A stretch of DNA of 23,028 nt from Gemmatimonadota bacterium. GTDB lineage: Bacteria > Gemmatimonadota > Gemmatimonadetes > Gemmatimonadales > Gemmatimonadaceae. Shown here piece after piece: positions 17,684 to 23,028 of this stretch; position 1 is the first letter of the stretch, and every line of letters begins with the position of its first letter. Below the pieces are notes generated by a model. That model saw nothing but the letters and a program-made list of their open reading frames with translations. It made no database searches and was not told where the DNA came from. The stretch lies in the NCBI GenBank assembly GCA_031372565.1, contig JANMLN010000023.1, positions 1 to 23,028 on the forward strand, read 5' to 3'. The position numbers and the translations under genes are program-made.

Positions 17684-19222
17684 CTACTCCTTGACCGCGG
17701 CCGAATCGACGGTCACGTCAAACGGTGCCGTGCGCACCACACCACCCCGGCGGAACTGCACCCAGACCCGATAGTGCCCCGCCTTCGGAAAGGCGTACGG
17801 AAAGCTGAACGATCCGCTGAGCGCCTCGCCACGGGCCATCCCCGGCATGCCCGCGTGTGCCGCCATCCCCGAATCGGCCGACCGCATGCGCTTGGCCAGC
17901 GTGCCGCGCGCGGAGTCGGCGTCGGTACGTCCGGTGAGCGCGGCCTGCGCTGCCAAGGAGGTCGTCCCGATGGGGTGCAGGTGCACGAAGACGTCCATCG
18001 AGTCGCGCACCACGACCGCGTGCGCGGCCATGCCGAGGAACGGCTCCACCGTAGCGGGCGCCCCTGCCTTGTCGCGGAGCACGAAGGCAAGCGGCGCATC
18101 AACGCCGGCCACGATGGGCTGTTTGCCGCGCTCCCAGTTGAGCACACTGCCGTCGTCGAGCGTCGCCGTTTCACCGGTCGCGCCACCAACGAAGCTGGCG
18201 TCATCCGGGTCGCTCATCGGCGTCGTGCCGGGGGGCAGCGTCACGTCCATCTTGCCGACCATCGTCTCCGCATAGCCCGTCTCGCGGACAATGTCGGCGA
18301 AGACGCGGTAGCGGCCAGCCGGGACGCCGGGCAGGGCGCCGGTAAAGTGGAGCGAGTCGAGCATCCGCGGGTGCAGGTGCGCGAGCGCGCCCAGGTCGTC
18401 ACGCACCGCGAAGAGGTGCATCATCTTGCCGTGGTCGGGAATGAACGGCGCCCAGCGGCGCTCGTTCATCGTGGCGGTGTCCATGCTGAAGTCGAGCTGC
18501 CGAACACCGGCGCTGTCGCGCACGGCGACGATCGCCTCGACCGGCGTGTACAAGCCACGCGCGTATGCCTCGTTCTCCTTGTTCCACCAGAAACGGCCGA
18601 GCGTCAGGAGGGTGGTGACGATGACGGCCGCGATGCCGCGCGCAATCCACGAGCGCTTGCGCTGCGCCGTGTCGGGCTCGATACCGGGATCGAGCGTCGA
18701 TTCGCGCGACGCCGCCCCGACGATCGTGAGCAGCCCGACCACGAGGAAGACGCCGAAGGCGGCCAACCCGATTCCCATCTTGGGGTCCATGGTCAGCACC
18801 GTGGTCGCGGCCGCCACGAAGGGCACCACGGCCGTTCCCTTCCCGGCGGAGCCTTCAACGTTGACGCGGACCGAGTAGCTGCCCGACGACATGATCCAGA
18901 GCTGATCACTCCAGAGCGTGCTGTCGCCGACGACGCGCCGCAACTGGTCCGGTGGCGGTGCACTCTTCTCGCCGCCGTTCCAGATGTACGGCGCGGCCGA
19001 TACCGCCGTGACGCCACTCCCCTTCACCCGCACGACGACATCGGCGCGCGCCGGAATCACGGCGGGGGCACGGATGATGACGCGCACCGGGTATGGACCG
19101 GCATCGCCTTCGAAGTAGGTGTCGGGGCTCCCGACGTGTGCCGACGCGAGCAGCGCACCCGATGCGATCAGCGCCGCGAAGGCGACGCGCTGCCAGCCGC
19201 GAGCGAGGCTATCGCTTGACAC
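17684..19222 (-). CDS. Exported, membrane-anchored putative metal-binding protein (N-terminal His, two TM helices, duplicated H...HLHP domains)
   Basis: GTG at 19222 overlaps the upstream gene end. Signal peptide ..ALLASA|HVGSPD; two hydrophobic helices; motifs DHGKMMHLF..AHLHP..GRYRVFAD and LGMAAHAV..VHLHP..GHYRVWVQF. Confidence 0.85.
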   Translation of the reverse strand: MSSDSLARGWQRVAFAALIASGALLASAHVGSPDTYFEGDAGPYPVRVIIRAPAVIPARADVVVRVKGSGVTAVSAAPYIWNGGEKSAPPPDQLRRVVGDSTLWSDQLWIMSSGSYSVRVNVEGSAGKGTAVVPFVAAATTVLTMDPKMGIGLAAFGVFLVVGLLTIVGAASRESTLDPGIEPDTAQRKRSWIARGIAAVIVTTLLTLGRFWWNKENEAYARGLYTPVEAIVAVRDSAGVRQLDFSMDTATMNERRWAPFIPDHGKMMHLFAVRDDLGALAHLHPRMLDSLHFTGALPGVPAGRYRVFADIVRETGYAETMVGKMDVTLPPGTTPMSDPDDASFVGGATGETATLDDGSVLNWERGKQPIVAGVDAPLAFVLRDKAGAPATVEPFLGMAAHAVVVRDSMDVFVHLHPIGTTSLAAQAALTGRTDADSARGTLAKRMRSADSGMAAHAGMPGMARGEALSGSFSFPYAFPKAGHYRVWVQFRRGGVVRTAPFDVTVDSAAVKE

Positions 19223-20417
19223 GCGCCATCCAGCCGCCCCAGGCGAGTCCCAGCCGGCTCGAGAAGGTGGCGAGCACGGCGGCAATGAGCAGCCCCTGTG
19301 CAAAGATCACCGCATCGAAGCCGGGCTGGGCACCACGACGAGGAGCGCCGAGCCAGAACTGGTAGCTCCACGGCCCCATGCCTGCGGTGTACGGGAACTC
19401 GCCGCCGTTGAAGAAGCCGTTCCGTGCCGCCGGACTGAGCATGAAGATCGACCACGGATACTGTGCGGCCACATGGAGTGCGACGAATACGACGCCCAGC
19501 GCGGCAGCGACGAGCCAGCGGTTGCGGCCGCGCAGGCGCTGGATCACGAGATCCACGCCGAAGGCGGGCACGATCAGCCAGACCGGGAAGTACGGCGGCC
19601 ACATGAACGTGCGAGGGTTGTAGATGGGGGCGAGCATCGGCCGCGCCTCGATCGTGCGCAACACGATGCCCATGATCAGCCAGAGCCCCATGTACATGAG
19701 CGCCGCGCCGGTGGCGGGCCACCGCAACCTGCCCGCGGAGGCAAAGCCGACCAGCAAGACGGGAAAGACCGCCCCCCACACCTGGTAGTAGAGCGCTCGG
19801 TGCTGTTCGTTGGGCCACGAGTACTCGAGCGTGGCGCAGGCCAGAATGAAGCAGAGCACCCCGCCAGCCGCCGCGTACATCCAGGCATCGCGCAGCTCGT
19901 TCACCTTGCCGGCCGACCGATTCTGTGCGGACAAGGTCAGGGTCAGCGCGCCGATCATGATGCCCAGCATCCCCGAGAGCAGCACCATGTGCGGCGGGCT
20001 CACGATCTTGACGTCGAGACCGTAGGCCGCGTGCCACCAGTCGTCAAACGGCGCCGACAACAGCATGGCGAAGGTGCCCCAGATCGTGATCCACGCCCCG
20101 AGGGGTCCAAGGAAGCCCCAGAACTTGACGCTCGCCGCGCGATCCTCAGGCGTGCCCGCGAATGTGGTCCGCAGCACGACGAAGCCGCAGGCGAGCCCGG
20201 CGGTGACGCCGCTCGCGTACTCGACCAGATGCGGCGCCGACCAGAAGGTGTCGCGCCCGATCGTCATGTGCCACGAGATGTCCCAGAGCAGCCCCACCAC
20301 GATCCCCGCCGCGCTCGCCAGGATCGTGGCGATGAAGCCGGTGGCGGTTGCCACGTTCGCCTTCGCGCGCGTGGCGCCGACCGCGTAAGTCGCTTCACGT
20401 CCGAGTGTCGTGCTCAT
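19209..20417 (-). CDS. Polytopic membrane protein with two PmoC-like DxxWH...H motifs
   Basis: About 9-10 hydrophobic segments; WDISWHMTIGRDTFWSAPH and FDDWWHAAYGLDVKIVSPPH. AGAGGAG SD upstream; start is ATG 20417 (TTG 20426 is an alternative). Confidence 0.85.
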   Translation of the reverse strand: MSTTLGREATYAVGATRAKANVATATGFIATILASAAGIVVGLLWDISWHMTIGRDTFWSAPHLVEYASGVTAGLACGFVVLRTTFAGTPEDRAASVKFWGFLGPLGAWITIWGTFAMLLSAPFDDWWHAAYGLDVKIVSPPHMVLLSGMLGIMIGALTLTLSAQNRSAGKVNELRDAWMYAAAGGVLCFILACATLEYSWPNEQHRALYYQVWGAVFPVLLVGFASAGRLRWPATGAALMYMGLWLIMGIVLRTIEARPMLAPIYNPRTFMWPPYFPVWLIVPAFGVDLVIQRLRGRNRWLVAAALGVVFVALHVAAQYPWSIFMLSPAARNGFFNGGEFPYTAGMGPWSYQFWLGAPRRGAQPGFDAVIFAQGLLIAAVLATFSSRLGLAWGGWMARVKR

Positions 20418-20451
20418 GCGCAGCAATACTCCTCTGGGGGGCGCCCGGTTT

Positions 20452-20478
20452 CAACACCCGAATCATAATCAGGGTTGT
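20452..20478 (-). promoter_or_regulatory. Candidate -10 (TATGAT) inside an imperfect inverted repeat, upstream of the membrane-protein operon
   Basis: Minus strand CAACCCTGATTATGATTCGGGTGTTG, with TATGAT at 20467-20462 flanked by ACCC-N12-GGGT. Confidence 0.45.
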
Positions 20479-22232
20479 CAGTCCGCGGCCGCGACAGGCG
20501 CCCCCTTCCGCGCCACATAGTCGCCGATGACCAGCATGTCCATCCGCGTGCGCAGATAGCAGGCAATCGCCTCCGCCGGGGTGCAGACCACCGGCTCGTT
20601 CTCGTTGAAGCTGGTGTTGAGGACCACCGGGAGCCCGGTGCGCGCCTCGAACCGCCGGATCACCTCGTAGTAGTCCGGGGCAGCCTCGCGGGACACGGTC
20701 TGCAGCCGGCCCGTGCCATCCACGTGCGTGACGGCGGGCAACCGCTCGCGCCACGCCGGCCGCACCTTGTACACGTGCAGCATGAACGGCGACGGGTGCC
20801 CGCTCTCGAAGAGCTCCTCCTGACGCTCGGCCAGCACCGCCGGCGCGAACGGGCGGAACCACTCCCGGCGCTTGATCCGCGCGTTGAGAATCTCCTTCAT
20901 GTCGGTCCGCCCCGGGTGCGCGAGGATCGAGCGGGCGCCGAGCGCGCGGGGCCCCCACTCCATCCGCCCGTTGAACCAGCCGACCACGTCGCCCGCCGCG
21001 ATGGCGTCGGCCGTGGCATCGAGCCGCGCCTCGCGATCGACACGCTGCGCCACGACTCCGGCGTCGTCGAGCGCGCGTTGTATCTCCGCTTCGGTGAACG
21101 CAGGCCCGAGGTAGGCGTTCTCCAGCGTGTGGCGCGGCCCGTCCGCGAGAATCGACTGGCTCGTGTAGAGCGCGGCACCCAGCGCCAGGCCGTCGTCGCC
21201 GGAGGCAGGGTGCACCACGCTCCGGCGGAAGGGCGTCTCAACCTCGATCATCCCGTTGGCCACGCTGTTGAGCGCGCAGCCACCGGCCAGCACGAGGTCG
21301 GTGGTGCCGGGGACGTCGACGGCCAGCCGGCGGACGAGATGCAGATACGCGCGCTCGAAGGCGTGCTGCACCCCCCAGGCGATATCCATGTCGCGCTGCG
21401 TGATCTCGGCGGACGGATCACGCGGTTCGCCGAACCGCTCGCGCATCCGATCACCCCAGAGACGCGCCATGGTGGCGCGCCCGTTCGCGTCGATCGTGAA
21501 GGCCTCCGTGGTGCCGAACGGCAGGAGCCAACCCGGTGTGAGCGTGAAACCATCATCGGTCAACTGCACCAGTTGGTCCGCCCAGTCGCGCAATGCGTCC
21601 GTGCCGTACGGTGCCAGTCCCATCACCTTCCCTTCGTCGCCGTACTCGCCATACCCGATGAACTGGCACGCCATGGCGTACAGGATGCCGAGCGAATCGG
21701 GCAAGAAGGTGCGATGGGTGACGTCGATGCGACCGCCGGTGCAGCGCGCGCGCATGGCCGACACGAAGTCACCCGAGCCGTCGACGGACATGCCGGCGCA
21801 CGACTCGAATGGCGACGTGAAGTACGCCGAGGCGATATGGGCGAGATGATGTTCGACGTGAACGGCGCGGAAGGTGAGTGCGCTGGCCTCGGTCCCCATC
21901 TCGCGCGCGACGGTCTCGTGCAGGCTGCCCAGGGCGCGACGCGAGAGAAGCATCCGGCCGAAAGTGAGCAGCTGCCCGGGACGTTGCAGCGCGGCCGCGA
22001 TCTTTGCGCCGCGATTGGCCTTCGTGTCGCGGCCAATGGCCACGAATTCCACGTCGCCCATGGTGAGCCCCGCCATGCGCAGGCACTCGGCGATGGCCAG
22101 CCGCGGAAAGCCCGCCCAGTACTTCTGCCGGTTGAGCCGCTCCTCGGCAATGGCCGCGACCGGCCGCCCGTCGATGACGAGGGCGGCGGACGCACCGGGG
22201 TGGAGCGCGTTGATGCCGAGGATGACGGCCAC
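20478..22232 (-). CDS. Carbamoyltransferase, NodU/CmcH/TobZ family
   Basis: AAIAEERLNR.K, HVEHHLAH, VDGSGD, GKVMGLAPYG, AGGCALN, GRMEWGPRALGARSIL, KRREWFRPFAP, HVDGTGR.QTV, LNTSFN. Confidence 0.95.
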   Translation of the reverse strand: MAVILGINALHPGASAALVIDGRPVAAIAEERLNRQKYWAGFPRLAIAECLRMAGLTMGDVEFVAIGRDTKANRGAKIAAALQRPGQLLTFGRMLLSRRALGSLHETVAREMGTEASALTFRAVHVEHHLAHIASAYFTSPFESCAGMSVDGSGDFVSAMRARCTGGRIDVTHRTFLPDSLGILYAMACQFIGYGEYGDEGKVMGLAPYGTDALRDWADQLVQLTDDGFTLTPGWLLPFGTTEAFTIDANGRATMARLWGDRMRERFGEPRDPSAEITQRDMDIAWGVQHAFERAYLHLVRRLAVDVPGTTDLVLAGGCALNSVANGMIEVETPFRRSVVHPASGDDGLALGAALYTSQSILADGPRHTLENAYLGPAFTEAEIQRALDDAGVVAQRVDREARLDATADAIAAGDVVGWFNGRMEWGPRALGARSILAHPGRTDMKEILNARIKRREWFRPFAPAVLAERQEELFESGHPSPFMLHVYKVRPAWRERLPAVTHVDGTGRLQTVSREAAPDYYEVIRRFEARTGLPVVLNTSFNENEPVVCTPAEAIACYLRTRMDMLVIGDYVARKGAPVAAAD

Positions 22233-22238
22233 GAGGCC

Positions 22239-22247
22239 AAGTTAGCA
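22239..22247 (-). promoter_or_regulatory. Extended -10 giving a probably leaderless carbamoyltransferase mRNA
   Basis: Minus strand reads TG-C-TAACTT-GGCCTC-GTG, with the start codon at 22232. Confidence 0.55.
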
Positions 22248-22317
22248 GGGAGCGATGGACAGCCGCACGTGGGCGCGGGGGGCCCTGTGCTCGTGCACGT
22301 GCCGTGAAGCGCCGCGA

Positions 22318-22908
22318 CTAGTGCGCCGGCCCCACAAATGCCGCGACAGCGTCGATGACCTCGGGCGCCTTGAGCATCCGGCGATGCCCGCCGACGTCCA
22401 CCTCGAGATACATCGCCTTGGGCCAGTGGTCGGCAATCGTGCGACCGTCCGACACCGGCACCTCGGCGTCATGCCGATCATGCACGATCAGCGCCGGCAC
22501 GCGAAAGCCGCCACCGGAGCGTCGAATGTCCACTTCGTCGGGATGCGCGCCCGTGATCTCGGCCAGCCGCTCGCGCATGTGACGGCCGATGCGCGGCTCG
22601 ATGCCGATGAGCGTGGCGAAGCGGTCGAGTACGTCCGGCAGCGAGGCCGGCGCGCCCAGGAGCACGGCGCGCTCGGTGCGAAGCCCGCGTGTGAGTGCGA
22701 TCGCCGCGGAAGCCGCGCCCATGGAGTGCGCGACCACCGTGTGGTACGTACCGACGTGCTGCTGCAACGTCTGCAGCGCCTCGGCGAAGGCGATGGGATG
22801 GGCGCGCTTGCCCGCCGAGCGACCATGCGCGGGACCGTCGAGCGCCACGACGCGATGGCCCGCCTCGATGAGCGGCTCGGCGATGCGCCCGAGTTGCGTG
22901 CCCCGCCC
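22318..22908 (-). CDS. Alpha/beta hydrolase, N-terminal part missing or corrupted at the window end
   Basis: GRGTQL, VVALDGPAHGRS, nucleophile AHSMG, acid HDRHDAEVP, His in GGHRRML. The frame is open up to an in-frame TAG at 22909-22911 inside G-rich noise. Confidence 0.85.
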   Translation of the reverse strand, partial: GRGTQLGRIAEPLIEAGHRVVALDGPAHGRSAGKRAHPIAFAEALQTLQQHVGTYHTVVAHSMGAASAAIALTRGLRTERAVLLGAPASLPDVLDRFATLIGIEPRIGRHMRERLAEITGAHPDEVDIRRSGGGFRVPALIVHDRHDAEVPVSDGRTIADHWPKAMYLEVDVGGHRRMLKAPEVIDAVAAFVGPAH

Positions 22909-23028
22909 CTACCCCCCCGGCCGCAGGCCGATGGGCGCGCGAGTGGGGGGCCCCCACACCCCCATAAGCAACGTGTCTTCGACGCGCCCGGTGCGGGCGG
23001 GGGCGCGGGGGGCCAGATACCCGGCGGG

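Noticed and set aside
17684..20417. Calling the pair a bona fide pmoCAB/amoCAB (methane or ammonia oxidation)
   Set aside because: Similarity is motif-level only; the PmoA GDWDFW and PmoB in-domain HxH signatures are absent, so no substrate can be assigned.
22909..23028. In-frame TAG and loss of homology at the 5' end of the hydrolase (possible pseudogene or stop-codon recoding)
   Set aside because: The expected HGWxGRGTQL reads GG*GRGTQL inside poly-G/C runs at the extreme end of the sequence. This fits low-quality contig-end base calls; raw reads would settle it.

Overview
High-GC (about 70% by eye) bacterial chromosomal segment. Gene content and order suggest Gemmatimonadota (inference, not searched). 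It is mostly housekeeping: hflX (truncated by the left edge), a LEA_2 lipoprotein, wecB, rarA, a UDP-glucuronate 4-epimerase, an alaS-hyp-gmhA-SDR-asparaginase-cca-hyp run, heme A synthase and yraN-recA-recX. Accessory genes are a nucleotidyltransferase plus small partner, a GT1 glycosyltransferase, a NodU/CmcH carbamoyltransferase, and an alpha/beta hydrolase running into low-quality end sequence. The most notable item is an unannotated two-gene operon at 17684-20417 (-). Gene 1 encodes a polytopic membrane protein with two PmoC/AmoC-type DxxWH-x12/13-H metal motifs and a PmoA-like C-terminal half. Gene 2 encodes an exported protein with PmoB-like topology: signal peptide, mature N-terminal His, soluble domain, two TM helices, then His-rich domains. 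Together they look like a divergent two-gene copper membrane monooxygenase-like system; this is motif-level inference. Other observations: a symmetric bidirectional extended -10 promoter, several apparently leaderless genes, an 11-bp tandem repeat forming a relay of stop/start-coupled mini-ORFs, two hairpins (one REP-like) between recA and recX, and a candidate recA operator.
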